Source: an uncultured Acidobacteriota bacterium (GTDB taxonomy: Bacteria > Acidobacteriota > Thermoanaerobaculia > Multivoradales > JAHEKO01). Taken from it: a DNA stretch of 64,000 nucleotides. The notes under the pieces are model-generated. The model worked only from the letters and a program-made list of their open reading frames with translations, did not search any database and was not told the origin of the DNA. This document shows, in pieces, positions 28,675 to 38,853 of the stretch. Positions within the stretch are counted from its first letter, which is position 1, and every line of letters begins with the position of its first letter. Position numbers and translations under genes: made by a program. Location of the stretch: assembly GCA_963713825.1 (NCBI GenBank), contig CAVQNG010000025.1, forward strand, positions 192,001 through 256,000, given 5' to 3'.

Positions 28675-29520
28675 ATGAAGAGGATCGCTCACGGATCCGG
28701 CTCGAGGGCCGGTGTCGGTTTCTGGCTTCTGGTGCTGGCGCTTGTCGGCCTTTCATCGGGTCTACAGGCAGAGGTCGTCTTTCTCGATCCCGAAGGAGAA
28801 CCGCTTCCGTTCGAGTCCTTCGAAGACGTCGAGAGCTTCCTGAAGACGGCCGACATCGTTTGGAAGGAAAAGCTGGCAGAGGGAACCAACAAGAGAAAGC
28901 GCAAGATCATGCTGGAGAAGGATGGTGTGCAGGCTCATGCCATCCTGCGCACGGGATATGAAGTCAAGGACTCCCCTGGTGGTGGGTTCGTGGACTCCTG
29001 CCACTCCGAGGTAGCGGCTTATCAGCTGAGTCGTCTGCTGGGTCTCGAGAGTGTTCCGCCAGCTGTCCGACGCAAGGGAGGGTCCATTCAGATCTGGGTC
29101 GAGAATGCGACGACGGATGCCTCCCGCCGAGAGAAGGGGGCCGAGCCGGAGGACCCGGTCGCTTTCGAGCAGCAGGTACAGGTGATGGGGGTCTTCGACA
29201 ATCTGATCGCCAACACGGATCGAAATCCCGGCAACATCCTGATCGATGGAGAGGGCAAGGTGTGGTTCATCGACCATACGCGCAGTTTTGCGGGTCAGGA
29301 GGTGCTCAAGTACCCCGAAAGGATCACCGGCTGCGACCGGCAAGTATGGGACCGTCTCCGGGGCCTCTCCGACTCGCAGCTCAGAGAGGCCATGCGACCC
29401 TATCTCCGCCAGTATCAGAACGCACTGCTGGTGCGCCGCCAGCTGGTAGTTCAGGCGATCCAAGGTCTAGTCGACAGCCAGGGCGAGAACGAAGTGCTGT
29501 TTGATTCGGCTTCTCGCTAA
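28675..29520 (+). CDS. Secreted atypical kinase, PI4K-II/Fam20-like fold (paralog A)
   Basis: AAGGAG RBS; signal peptide ending LQA; EVAAYQLSRLLG..VPP, GSIQIWVE, FDNLIANTDRNPGNIL, WFIDHTRSF. Confidence 0.75.
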   Translation: MKRIAHGSGSRAGVGFWLLVLALVGLSSGLQAEVVFLDPEGEPLPFESFEDVESFLKTADIVWKEKLAEGTNKRKRKIMLEKDGVQAHAILRTGYEVKDSPGGGFVDSCHSEVAAYQLSRLLGLESVPPAVRRKGGSIQIWVENATTDASRREKGAEPEDPVAFEQQVQVMGVFDNLIANTDRNPGNILIDGEGKVWFIDHTRSFAGQEVLKYPERITGCDRQVWDRLRGLSDSQLREAMRPYLRQYQNALLVRRQLVVQAIQGLVDSQGENEVLFDSASR

Positions 29521-29569
29521 GAGGGGTTTCTGCGCACCAGATAGTCAGGTTTCGTCGTTCGAGATTCCA

Positions 29570-30358
29570 ATGAGCCGACGATTTGTCGACTATGACCGCA
29601 TTGCTGAGACCTACGATCAGCGCTACTCGCTGAATCGACTGGATGGGGTTGCGAAGGCCCTCGAGGAGAGGCTCGGTAAAACTGAGGCCGAGACGATCCT
29701 GGATGTGGGCTGCGGCACGGGCAGATGGCTGAGCGAGTTGGCGCCGAAATCGAGTCTCGCCGTTGGGCTCGACCGCTCATTGGAAATGCTGCTCAGGGTG
29801 CCCGTGGAAGACGGTCGGGCGGCGTTGGTTTGTGGGTCGGGTGAGTCGATCCCTCTTGCTGACTCGTCGATCGACTTCGTCACCTGTGTCAATGCGATCC
29901 ACCACCTGGCGGCCCCGTCCTCGTTCGTCTTGAATGCTGAGCGATTTCTCCGCCCCCAGGGTGCACTGGCAGTCGTGGGACTGGATCCTCATCCGGGCCG
30001 GGATCGCTGGTATCTGTACGACTATTTTCCTGAAGCTCGAGAGCTCGACCTTCGACGCTATCCCTCCGCCGAACAGCTGAAGGAGTGGATGAGGGCCTCT
30101 GGCCTCGAGAACATCGAGACCGTGGCAGTCGAGCGAATCCGGAGACGATTTGTCGGTGGGGAGATCCTCGAAGACTACTTTCTGCAGCGCAAAGCGAGCT
30201 CTCAGTTGGCGATCCTGTCGGATGAGGCCTGGGCGCAGGGCCTGCAGCGGATTCGTCGCGCCATTCAGAAAGGAGCGCAGGAGGGGGCGCCCACGATCTT
30301 CGAGGTGGACCTGGCCCTCGTGCTGGTTTGCGGCAGCAAGCCTGTGGCCACGAGTTAG
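29570..30358 (+). CDS. Class I SAM-dependent methyltransferase
   Basis: ILDVGCGTG, GLDRSLEML, IPLADSSIDFV, LRPQG. Confidence 0.88.
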   Translation: MSRRFVDYDRIAETYDQRYSLNRLDGVAKALEERLGKTEAETILDVGCGTGRWLSELAPKSSLAVGLDRSLEMLLRVPVEDGRAALVCGSGESIPLADSSIDFVTCVNAIHHLAAPSSFVLNAERFLRPQGALAVVGLDPHPGRDRWYLYDYFPEARELDLRRYPSAEQLKEWMRASGLENIETVAVERIRRRFVGGEILEDYFLQRKASSQLAILSDEAWAQGLQRIRRAIQKGAQEGAPTIFEVDLALVLVCGSKPVATS

Positions 30359-30376
30359 GATGACGGGGAGCCGCCG

Positions 30377-33300
30377 ATGATCGGAAAGACCGTCACACAC
30401 TACGAGATTCTGTCCCAGCTGGGTGCTGGCGGCATGGGAGTGGTCTACAAGGCGAAGGACCTTCGCTTGGACCGTCTGGTAGCCCTCAAGTTCCTGCCGC
30501 CACAATTCGCCTCCACCGAGGAGCTCAAACGGCGCTTCGTCAATGAGGCCCGTGCCGCCTCGGCGTTGGATCACCCCAACATCTGCACCATCCATGAGAT
30601 CGACGAGAGCGAGGATGGCCAGCTCTTCATCGTCATGGCCCTGTACCAGGGTGAGAGCCTGCAGGAGAGGATCCGTCGGGGGCCACTTTCTCCTGCCGAG
30701 ACGCTGGATATCGGCATCCAGGTGACCGAGGGCCTATCGGCCGCTCACGAGAGAGGGATTCTGCATCGGGACATCAAACCCGGGAACATCTTCATTACCG
30801 ATCGCCAAACGGTGAAGGTCCTGGACTTCGGACTGGCGAAGGTGTCGGGAGCCACCAAGATCACCCGTTCGGGAACCTCGATGGGCACCTTGAGCTATAT
30901 GCCGCCTGAGCAGCTCCGCGGCGAAGACGCAGATCAACGATCGGACCTGTTCTCCCTCGGTGCGGTCCTTTACGAAATGTTGGTTGGTGAGCCCGCTTTC
31001 GGTGGAGACAACGAAGGCGCGGTGTTGAACCGTGTGTTGAATCAGGAGCCCGCACCACCCTCGAGTCGGCGGCCGGGCATCGCACCGGGTTTCGATCGAC
31101 TCGTCGGCAGGGCTCTCGCCAAGGATCCCGACCATCGCTATCCGACGGCCGTGGACCTGAGATCAGACCTCGAGGTGCTCCGGGTCGAGGCCGCGGATGC
31201 CGATGACCAACCTACCCTGCTCGAGATTCCGGAGGAGCCGACTCTGGTTGTCACGACTGACTTGTCCCCGGGTCTCAACACCATCGCCGTGCTCGAGTTC
31301 ACCAATGTCTCTGGAGACTCGGAGGTCGAGTGGCTGAGCGGCGGTATCGCCGAGTCGGTGACCGCAGACCTCAAGAAGGTCGGCTCGCTCAGGGTGGTGG
31401 ATCGAAGAAGGGTGATGCAGACGCTCGCCTCAGTGCCGAATGGAGTGGCGGGCGACGAGGACCTGGCTAGCGCGGGTAGATCCCTTGGATCTCGATGGCT
31501 CGTCAGCGGAAGCTTCCAGAAGATGGGAGACAGGCTACGAGTGACGGCCCAATGTCTGGATGTGGCAAGCCAGGCAGTGAAAGCGTCGATCAAGCTGGAC
31601 GGAACCATGCAGGAGATCTTCAGCCTCCAGGACCAGATCATCACCGCCATGATGGAGGCTCTCGGGGTTCGAATCAGTGAGTTCGAAGCCCTGGAGATCG
31701 AGCGTCCCGAAACCTTGGACCTGGAGGCGTACGAGTACTGCGCCAAAGCGCGACAGCTCATCCACAGGATGGGCAAGGAAGATCTGGAGCTGGCTCGTCA
31801 GTTCCTGGAAAAGGCGCTGGCGTTGGATCCCGACTACGCGATGGCACACTCCTCGCTCGGTCAGCTGCACTCCATGCATTTCATTGCCGCTACCCAGCAA
31901 TCAGACCTCGAGCGCAGCATGGAGGCACTCGAGCGCGCCGTGCAGCTCGATCCAGAGCTTGGAGACCCCCATCTCTGGTTGACATACGTCTACGCCCGCG
32001 AGAATCGATTCACCGAGGCGCTGAGAAGTGGTCGGCGGGCCCTGGAGCTCGAGCCCGACAACCCCATGGCCCACTACTTCTTGGGCGTATCACTATGGCT
32101 TCGGGCCATTCTCGATCACCAGACAGAGGGTTATGAGGAGGCAACAAGACACCTCCGACGAACCACTGAAGTGCTTCCCAAGTACCAGTCGGCTTATCAG
32201 GTACTGGCGGATATCTGCAGTCGTCGCGGTGAGTACGAAGAGGCTGAACGGTACTTGAAGACCGCGATGCAGATCGAAGAGTCAGGGGAATTCGATATGG
32301 CGAGGTTCGTCGGCTCGCTTGCCCACATGGGACAGCTGGCGCTGCGGCGTGGGGACCTGGACACAGCCGAGGAGCTATACCTCAGACAGCTGAAGCTCAT
32401 TGAGGCGACCGATCACGTCTATAGCCCATCCTACGGTGCCATGACTCTCTGTTTTCTGGGCGAGATTGCCGAAAGACGTCACCAACACGACTCGGCGCTC
32501 GACCACTTTCGCCGGGCCGCCTCTCAGATTTCGACGACTCCGACGTCCCTGGGAATCGGCTGGGTAGAGATCCGGGCTCGCCTCGGGCGAGCCCGGATCT
32601 TCCGGAGTTTGGGCATGCGCCGAGAGGAGGATCAAAGCCTGCAGCAAGCGCTCGCGCTGTTCCGGGGTCGTGAGGGCTACGATTTCAGCGGCCTCTTCCT
32701 ACACGGTGACGGGGAATTCTGGGCCGATCTGGCGGCCTATCAGGTGTCGGCCAGCCGTTCCAAGGACGCCCTTGCCTCATTGGAAAAGGCAGTCGAATGT
32801 GGCTGGCTGGAGACCGCCCGATTGAAGTGGGATCCGGACCTTCGGCAGCTGCAGAGCGATTCTGAAGCACACACAAGGATCGAGAAGATTCTGGCCCGAC
32901 GCCAGGAGATAGGTCGACCAAACCACCCACCTCCCGTGTACGAGCTGTTTGGTGAGTCTCGGAAAGGCGGTGAGACCTCCCCAGCTCGCGACGCAACCAG
33001 GCCACTGAAGGGTATCGAGGCCCCACCCCGACCTGAATCTCGATGGAGACACTGGTTGATGGTGATCGCTGCAGTAGCTGTGCTCGTCGTCTGCGGTATC
33101 GCGGCTCGCCGATGGATTCGAGATCGACACGAGGCAACGGACACCAGTGAGACCGCCGTGGTTCGTTCTGGGGAGACATCGGAGCCGGCGGCGAAGCTCG
33201 TTGCCAGGCGGGTTCTGGTGGCGCCCTTCGAGAATCGTACAGGCGATCCTTCGCTGAGTAGCCTGGGCCTCATGGCCTCCGACTGGATTACACGCGGACT

Positions 33301-34828
33301 CGCTCAGACCGGGTTGGTGGAAGCGGTGTCGCCGATCACGGCTGTTAGCTCCGCCCGCTTTGTCGCGCAGGAAACCGGAGCGACAGACGAACGAGAGAGG
33401 ATAGCGGCTCTGGCAGCGGAGACCGGTGCCGGTACCGTGGTCACTGGAGCCATCTACCGTCAAGGCGAGGAGATCCTGATTGCAGCCCAGGTCACCGATA
33501 CGATCACAATGCGCCTCCTCGGCGCTCTGGAGCCGAGTCGCGCACCGATCGGAGAGCCCTTGGTCGCCGTCGAGAATCTGCAATCGCGGATCATGGCCTC
33601 GGTGGCAACTCGTCTGGATTCGCGACTCGCCTCGCTCGCCAGACCCTCTGACTTGCCCAATTACGAGGCTTACAACGAGTACTCCCAGGGGCTAGAGCGA
33701 TTCATTCTTCTGGACTTCAGGGGTGCAGCGAACCGCTGGACCAGGGCCAACGCACTGGACTCCTCTTTCATTCGTCCGTTGCTACTTGCTGCCATGGCCT
33801 ACCTCAATCTCTCGGAGTGGGAGACGGCTGACGGACTCGTTCAGAAGGTGGCACCCCATCGCAGCTCCCTGTCGGTGTTGGATCAACTGCTCTTGGATCG
33901 ACTCGTGTCCACCTTCGAGCCCGACTTTGAAGGAGCTCTTGCAGCCATGCGTCGCTCGGCAGAGCTGAATCCCCAGGGCCCCGGAGCCTTCGATGCAGGA
34001 GCTTTGGCCCTGATCACGAATCGCCCTCGCGAGGCAGTAGAGCGGCTCGAAGCCATCGACTTCGAGCGCGGGTTCTATCGAGGATTTGCTCCCTATTGGC
34101 ACTTTCTGACGGAGGCGTATCACCTCCTCGGAGATCATGCAGAAGAGGTCCAGAAAGCGCGCCTGGCTCGGGAGCTATATCCGAGTCGTCTGTCTGCTGT
34201 CTGGTGGGAGGCACGAGCGCGTGTCGCTATGGGTGATCTCGCGACAGTCAGGGAACTGATAGGAGTTGACGCTGGCAACGGCGTGTTCGAAAAGACAGCC
34301 GGCTCTGTGATGATTGCGTCTGCCGGTGAGCTGGGGGCCCATGGTTATCCGGAAGAGGCAGTGGAGATCGCGGCAGCAGCGGTGGAGTGGTACAACCTCC
34401 GCCTCGAGTCCGAAGGAGCAGATCGTGTAGCACGCGCCGGCAGAGCCGAGGCCCTGTTCGCAGCGGCAAGGTGGAAGGAGGCCGAAGAGGAGTTTGTAAA
34501 GCTCGCCGAGGACGACCCCGATGACCTGACCACCAGGGGCTACCTAGGTCTCCTGGCGGCAGGCCGGGGTGACAGCGTCACGGCTCAGGAAGTCTCGAGC
34601 TGGTTCGAACAGCTGGACCGACCCTACCTGTGGGGAGCGCCCTACTACTGGCGAGCAGCCATCGCCGCCTGGAGTGGAGACATGGACCGTGCGCTGCAGC
34701 TATTCCGCGATTCAGCGGCTCACGGCCGGGCTCTGGCAGGGTCGTTCCCTCCTCCCCATTCCGACCCTGTTCTGCAGCCGCTCTGGAACTATCCGCCCTT
34801 CCAGAAGTTCATCGAGCCGAAAGGGTAG
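30377..34828 (+). CDS. Hanks-type Ser/Thr kinase with TolB_N-TPR module, transmembrane helix and a second TolB_N-TPR module
   Basis: LGAGGMGVVY, VALKFL, HRDIKPGN, DFGLAK, YMPPE; IAVLEFTNVSGD and VLVAPFENRTGD modules; TM WLMVIAAVAVLVVCGIAA. Confidence 0.9.
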   Translation: MIGKTVTHYEILSQLGAGGMGVVYKAKDLRLDRLVALKFLPPQFASTEELKRRFVNEARAASALDHPNICTIHEIDESEDGQLFIVMALYQGESLQERIRRGPLSPAETLDIGIQVTEGLSAAHERGILHRDIKPGNIFITDRQTVKVLDFGLAKVSGATKITRSGTSMGTLSYMPPEQLRGEDADQRSDLFSLGAVLYEMLVGEPAFGGDNEGAVLNRVLNQEPAPPSSRRPGIAPGFDRLVGRALAKDPDHRYPTAVDLRSDLEVLRVEAADADDQPTLLEIPEEPTLVVTTDLSPGLNTIAVLEFTNVSGDSEVEWLSGGIAESVTADLKKVGSLRVVDRRRVMQTLASVPNGVAGDEDLASAGRSLGSRWLVSGSFQKMGDRLRVTAQCLDVASQAVKASIKLDGTMQEIFSLQDQIITAMMEALGVRISEFEALEIERPETLDLEAYEYCAKARQLIHRMGKEDLELARQFLEKALALDPDYAMAHSSLGQLHSMHFIAATQQSDLERSMEALERAVQLDPELGDPHLWLTYVYARENRFTEALRSGRRALELEPDNPMAHYFLGVSLWLRAILDHQTEGYEEATRHLRRTTEVLPKYQSAYQVLADICSRRGEYEEAERYLKTAMQIEESGEFDMARFVGSLAHMGQLALRRGDLDTAEELYLRQLKLIEATDHVYSPSYGAMTLCFLGEIAERRHQHDSALDHFRRAASQISTTPTSLGIGWVEIRARLGRARIFRSLGMRREEDQSLQQALALFRGREGYDFSGLFLHGDGEFWADLAAYQVSASRSKDALASLEKAVECGWLETARLKWDPDLRQLQSDSEAHTRIEKILARRQEIGRPNHPPPVYELFGESRKGGETSPARDATRPLKGIEAPPRPESRWRHWLMVIAAVAVLVVCGIAARRWIRDRHEATDTSETAVVRSGETSEPAAKLVARRVLVAPFENRTGDPSLSSLGLMASDWITRGLAQTGLVEAVSPITAVSSARFVAQETGATDERERIAALAAETGAGTVVTGAIYRQGEEILIAAQVTDTITMRLLGALEPSRAPIGEPLVAVENLQSRIMASVATRLDSRLASLARPSDLPNYEAYNEYSQGLERFILLDFRGAANRWTRANALDSSFIRPLLLAAMAYLNLSEWETADGLVQKVAPHRSSLSVLDQLLLDRLVSTFEPDFEGALAAMRRSAELNPQGPGAFDAGALALITNRPREAVERLEAIDFERGFYRGFAPYWHFLTEAYHLLGDHAEEVQKARLARELYPSRLSAVWWEARARVAMGDLATVRELIGVDAGNGVFEKTAGSVMIASAGELGAHGYPEEAVEIAAAAVEWYNLRLESEGADRVARAGRAEALFAAARWKEAEEEFVKLAEDDPDDLTTRGYLGLLAAGRGDSVTAQEVSSWFEQLDRPYLWGAPYYWRAAIAAWSGDMDRALQLFRDSAAHGRALAGSFPPPHSDPVLQPLWNYPPFQKFIEPKG

Positions 34829-34861
34829 TGAGGCAGTAGAGCGTCGAGGGTTCGCTGAGAG

Positions 34862-35866
34862 TCAACTGTTCTTGTCTTCGGTGGCTGTTGCCAAAGCGGC
34901 CGCGGTGTCCTGCTGTGGCTTCTTCAGAAAGCGCTGGCGGTGGAACTCGATCCCGGTGAGCCACTGCATGGAGTTACCCGCTCCGCTGGCGTATCCAGCC
35001 ATCTCGCCCAAGCCGTCGAAACCCAGCAGGACAGTCAGGATCGGCAAGACACGAAGAAGGAGATTCGATCGCCCCGAGCTGACCAGGGTCCGGGCGGAGC
35101 GCCATGTCCGGATCAGTGGAATCAACGGAGAGGCCGCAGTGAACAGAAGGCGCTTGCCGAAACCCCATTCGCGAGCGCGATTGGCTGCGAAGAGACGTCC
35201 ACCGTGGTAGCGCAACTTGATCGAGGGCCCGAATCGGGCGAAGTTGAGGTGAACCATTCGGGCTTGCGGTTCGAGATAGAAACGTCCACCTCGGGTCGCC
35301 AAATCCCACTGCATGGCGCTCTCAGCCTGGAGGATCTCGGGCAGTCGATCACCATAGGCGAGTAGGAGCTCCTTCTTGTAGCTGCTGTTGTGACCTCCGA
35401 TGTGGTGGATCTCGCCGCCCTTCTGAGGATCGATCCAGTCACCGTACTCGATCACGAAGTTGGCCCAGGAAACGGCGCTTCCCGGGTTGGCATTCCTGAA
35501 CAGTGCGCCCACGCCAGCCCACGGCTCGGCGTGCCGGGCGATGAGAGCCGCCGCCCAGCCGCGCGCCGGAAAGCAGTGATCCTCGGTCAGAGCGATGACC
35601 GGTGCCGAGGCAGCCCTGATTCCAACCACCCTCATCTCGGCAGAGGAGTGAGTCGCAGCGCACTCGATGTAGTGCCACGCAGCGAATTCGCCGAAGTCTG
35701 TAGCTTCGAGATCGGCTCCAACCGCGGGCGGACCGACGACCAGGACTTCCATCAGGGTGCTGGCGGTCTGGCGCCGTAGCGCAGTGAGAGTCGTTCTCAG
35801 GGTCTCGAAAGAGTCGGGGGATACCATCACCACCGACAGCGCAGCTTCTTGTGGGTTCGCGGTCAT
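34862..35866 (-). CDS. Glycosyltransferase family 2 (GT-A) protein with C-terminal membrane segments
   Basis: LSVVMVS, LTALRRQT, GIRAASAPVIALTEDHC (DxD-like), HNSSYKKELL; hydrophobic C-terminus; start at MTANPQE. Confidence 0.72.
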   Translation of the reverse strand: MTANPQEAALSVVMVSPDSFETLRTTLTALRRQTASTLMEVLVVGPPAVGADLEATDFGEFAAWHYIECAATHSSAEMRVVGIRAASAPVIALTEDHCFPARGWAAALIARHAEPWAGVGALFRNANPGSAVSWANFVIEYGDWIDPQKGGEIHHIGGHNSSYKKELLLAYGDRLPEILQAESAMQWDLATRGGRFYLEPQARMVHLNFARFGPSIKLRYHGGRLFAANRAREWGFGKRLLFTAASPLIPLIRTWRSARTLVSSGRSNLLLRVLPILTVLLGFDGLGEMAGYASGAGNSMQWLTGIEFHRQRFLKKPQQDTAAALATATEDKNS

Positions 35867-36068
35867 GTCCTTCCGATCGGTTCGAGAGTCAGCGAGAGGA
35901 ACTCCCCGGGGAGGAGCCCCAGATTCGTGTGCGATGCTCTGCACCTTATAGAATCGCCGCACTCTCGGGCAGGACGGCGAGGCCGAGGGAATTATGGGCC
36001 AGGTGGAAGCGGGCGGCAAGGGAAGCGCAACACTGAGACCAGGGAATCCAAGGGTGTTCAGGAATTCG

Positions 36069-37292
36069 ATGAGGCTCATCTCGCACGTTCGGGTACGACC
36101 GTGGATCGCTCCCTGCCTGCTCGGTCTGGCGTGCCTCTCCTGCTCGGCAACCGACTCGGAGCCACCTGTGGCGGTGTCGAATCCGCTTTTCGTGGAGCCG
36201 GCTTCGCGGGACTTTTCCAAGAACCCGGATCTGCTCGAGAGGATCGTCGAGAGCCCCCACGGCTATCTTCGATTCATCAACATCCAGTTCACGCAGGACG
36301 TGTGTCGACAGTTCGCGGGCAGCCTGTCCCAGTACCCTCCCTTCAACCTGCATGGCGATGCCCACCTGGAGCAGTATGCGGTGACCGACCTGGGCCGTGG
36401 GCTGACGGACTTCGACGACTCGTCCAGTGGGCCGGCGGTTGTGGATCTGGTGAGATTCGGCGTGTCTTTGCGCTTGGCGTTGGCGGCACACGGTTGGACA
36501 GATCGGGCCGAAGAGGTACTGGATGCGTTCTTGTTGGGATATCGGACGGCACTAGCGGATCCGTCGGTGGAGGCCCCAGAACCGGTCGTTGTCGGACGGC
36601 TCCAGGCCGGCTTCGAGTACGATCGTGAAAAGTACTTCGAGTGGGTCGAGGAGATCTCGGATCCAGTTCCCGCGGTGGAACAAGTCGAGCTTCTAGAGGC
36701 CATGCGGCACTACTTCGACAACCTGCGGGCCCAGTATCCGAGCCTGGATGCAGGCTTTCTGAAGGTGGAGCGTGTCGGTTATCTCAAGCTGGGGATCGGC
36801 AGCGCATTGGACACCAAGTACCTCGTCCAGATTCGTGGTGAGAGCGATGCGATCACGGATGACCTGGTTCTCGAGCTCAAGCAGGTTCGCGACTTGGCCG
36901 GTATCGAGTGTGTTGCGGCGGGTCAGGGGTCGGACCCTTACCGGATCCTGGTTGGCCAGTCCATCGCCTATCAGCCCTATTCCATGCTGGGCTACGTCCA
37001 TTTTCGCGACGTATCCTTCTGGGCCCATGCCTGGGTCGACAACTACCGTGAGCTGGACATCGATCAGACGATCGAGACCGTGGAGGAGCTCCTGGAAGTG
37101 GCCTACGACGTGGGGGTCCAGCTGGGACTGGGGCATCCGAACCAGTACGAGGAGCCGCTGGCTCTCCAGTTGCGCCGTGAGCAGGTGCGCCTCTTGGACA
37201 GGGACGAAGCTCAGATCAAGGAAGCGTCCCGGCAGCTTACGACGCAGATCGAGCAAGCCTGGCGCGACTTCTCCTCACGGGCCCAGCAGTAG
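36069..37292 (+). CDS. DUF2252-family kinase-fold protein with lipoprotein signal
   Basis: LLGLACLSC lipobox; SPHGYLR, LHGDAHLEQY, LTDFDDS, GIGSALDTKY, DLVLELKQ. Confidence 0.68.
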   Translation: MRLISHVRVRPWIAPCLLGLACLSCSATDSEPPVAVSNPLFVEPASRDFSKNPDLLERIVESPHGYLRFINIQFTQDVCRQFAGSLSQYPPFNLHGDAHLEQYAVTDLGRGLTDFDDSSSGPAVVDLVRFGVSLRLALAAHGWTDRAEEVLDAFLLGYRTALADPSVEAPEPVVVGRLQAGFEYDREKYFEWVEEISDPVPAVEQVELLEAMRHYFDNLRAQYPSLDAGFLKVERVGYLKLGIGSALDTKYLVQIRGESDAITDDLVLELKQVRDLAGIECVAAGQGSDPYRILVGQSIAYQPYSMLGYVHFRDVSFWAHAWVDNYRELDIDQTIETVEELLEVAYDVGVQLGLGHPNQYEEPLALQLRREQVRLLDRDEAQIKEASRQLTTQIEQAWRDFSSRAQQ

Positions 37293-37300
37293 CGTTTTGG

Positions 37301-38647
37301 TCATTCGACCAGGCGAATGCCCTTCGCCTCCGGTGACAGGGTGATGGACTGTGGAAGGTGAAGACCGTCCAGCCAGACAATGCGCTGCCGGTCCAACTGT
37401 TTCGACAGGGCCTTGTAGGCCCCGATGAGTCTCTGGCGGTTCGAGATGTCCACTGTGGTTCCCCAAGGTCCCACCTTCGCGGACTTCGCCACAGGCGTCC
37501 AGACCGCGATTGGCACCCGCAAGTGGCGCAGAAATCCAAGGGCGTCGGAGGGCGACAGCTGGCTGTGATCCACCGGGTCGGGACCGACAATCAGGAGCAC
37601 CAACCTGCGCCGATCCGGCTTCGCGGCCTCCATCCCTGCCACCGCCACGGCGTCGGCCAACCGCTGGTGCTGCGGGTTGGCGGTGCGCGGAAGGACGGAG
37701 GCGAAGAGCCACAGAAGTTTGCCGTCTTGGCGAGAGATTCGCGGCGAAGGCGGAAAGAGCTGATACCGGTAGCGTTCGCGCTCGACCTGTCGGGCCACGG
37801 GAGTGACAAAGCGCAGGTCGTGGTCTTCCTTCAGGAGGGCATCCCGGGGTGTTTCGGTACCCCCCGCGCTTATGATCACCGAGTTGTCACGGAGCCGATC
37901 TACCTTTCCCGCGACAGTGATCGGCCCGATTGCAGCCCGCTGGCGGAGAGTCTCGATCGTCGCCAGGTCGCGGACCACGATGATGTCGGTCCTGCCCTTC
38001 TCGACGGCCCTGACTTCGAGGGGCTCTCCCGAGATCGAGAACCAGTCCCGCATCTCGCTGATCGGCGGCAGCCCTCTTCGTCCCGCCACGAGGACCGGTA
38101 TGGCGGTGAGCTCGGTGGCCACCCTGTCGGTGTAGGGACCGCCGAAGACAGCCTCGGCGCCAACTTCGAGGTTGCCGGAGAACCGCAGCTCGACGCGCAG
38201 GAGGTGGGTTTGCTCGAGATCGACTCGCGGCAGATCGAATCGCCTGGTATCAACCACTTCGAGAGGCTGTCCGTCCAGCTCGATGTCGACCGATTCGGGC
38301 TCGGGATGCTCCGTCATGCTTTCCCATGCGACTCGGGCTTGCATCCCCTGGCCCTCGGTGCTTCGATCGATGAGGATCGAAACCCGGGCCTGCTGGGTCG
38401 AGGTATTGATCCATTGATCGACCCGACCGATTTCGGTGCCTGAGCTACCAAACGCCACGGCTTCCAAGACGTGGGGTGCAAGCTCCTCTCCAAGGTCCAC
38501 GGTGAGCTGCCAAGGTGGCTGATTAAGGCGGCCTACCACTTGGTGGTCCAGAACGACTTCGATCGCCGCGACATTGTCGTGGACGAGCAACTCGACCTGT
38601 TGGGGTCCGAGGATCAGTCCGAGAAAGAGAGTGGCGAACTCGATCAT
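37301..38647 (-). CDS. Hypothetical protein with Ig-like domain and degenerate VWA-like C-terminal domain
   Basis: N-terminal hydrophobic MIEFATLFLGLILG; Ig-like IEVVLD...PPWQLTVDLG..LAPHVLEAVAF similar to the 58.6 kb VWA protein; LADAVAVAG...RRLVLLIV. Confidence 0.6.
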   Translation of the reverse strand: MIEFATLFLGLILGPQQVELLVHDNVAAIEVVLDHQVVGRLNQPPWQLTVDLGEELAPHVLEAVAFGSSGTEIGRVDQWINTSTQQARVSILIDRSTEGQGMQARVAWESMTEHPEPESVDIELDGQPLEVVDTRRFDLPRVDLEQTHLLRVELRFSGNLEVGAEAVFGGPYTDRVATELTAIPVLVAGRRGLPPISEMRDWFSISGEPLEVRAVEKGRTDIIVVRDLATIETLRQRAAIGPITVAGKVDRLRDNSVIISAGGTETPRDALLKEDHDLRFVTPVARQVERERYRYQLFPPSPRISRQDGKLLWLFASVLPRTANPQHQRLADAVAVAGMEAAKPDRRRLVLLIVGPDPVDHSQLSPSDALGFLRHLRVPIAVWTPVAKSAKVGPWGTTVDISNRQRLIGAYKALSKQLDRQRIVWLDGLHLPQSITLSPEAKGIRLVE

Positions 38648-38853
38648 GAGCTGGACATGCCTTCTCCAAGCCTCGCGGGCGCAAGAGCGCGGCTCGTCGA
38701 TTCCGTGGTTCTCGATGGCTGCACCCAGTCTATCCGCACTCTTAGAAACTTCAGTGCCGCCGAAGTGCGCGTTTACGGCATTGGGGCCGAAGGGCGTAGG
38801 ATAGGGGGCACACGGAAGACCACTACGAGCCGGGAGCTGAGTGAGAGGAGTCG

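Noticed and set aside
29570-30358. Hopanoid methylase (HpnP/HpnR); same idea for 55620-56222
   Set aside because: Those enzymes are B12-dependent radical SAM proteins, while these are small class I methyltransferases with no CxxxCxxC motif.
34862-35866. GT2 as the hopanoid glycosyltransferase HpnI/HpnB
   Set aside because: It is on the opposite strand, well outside the hpn cluster, and has no recognisable HpnI N-terminal TM or motifs.
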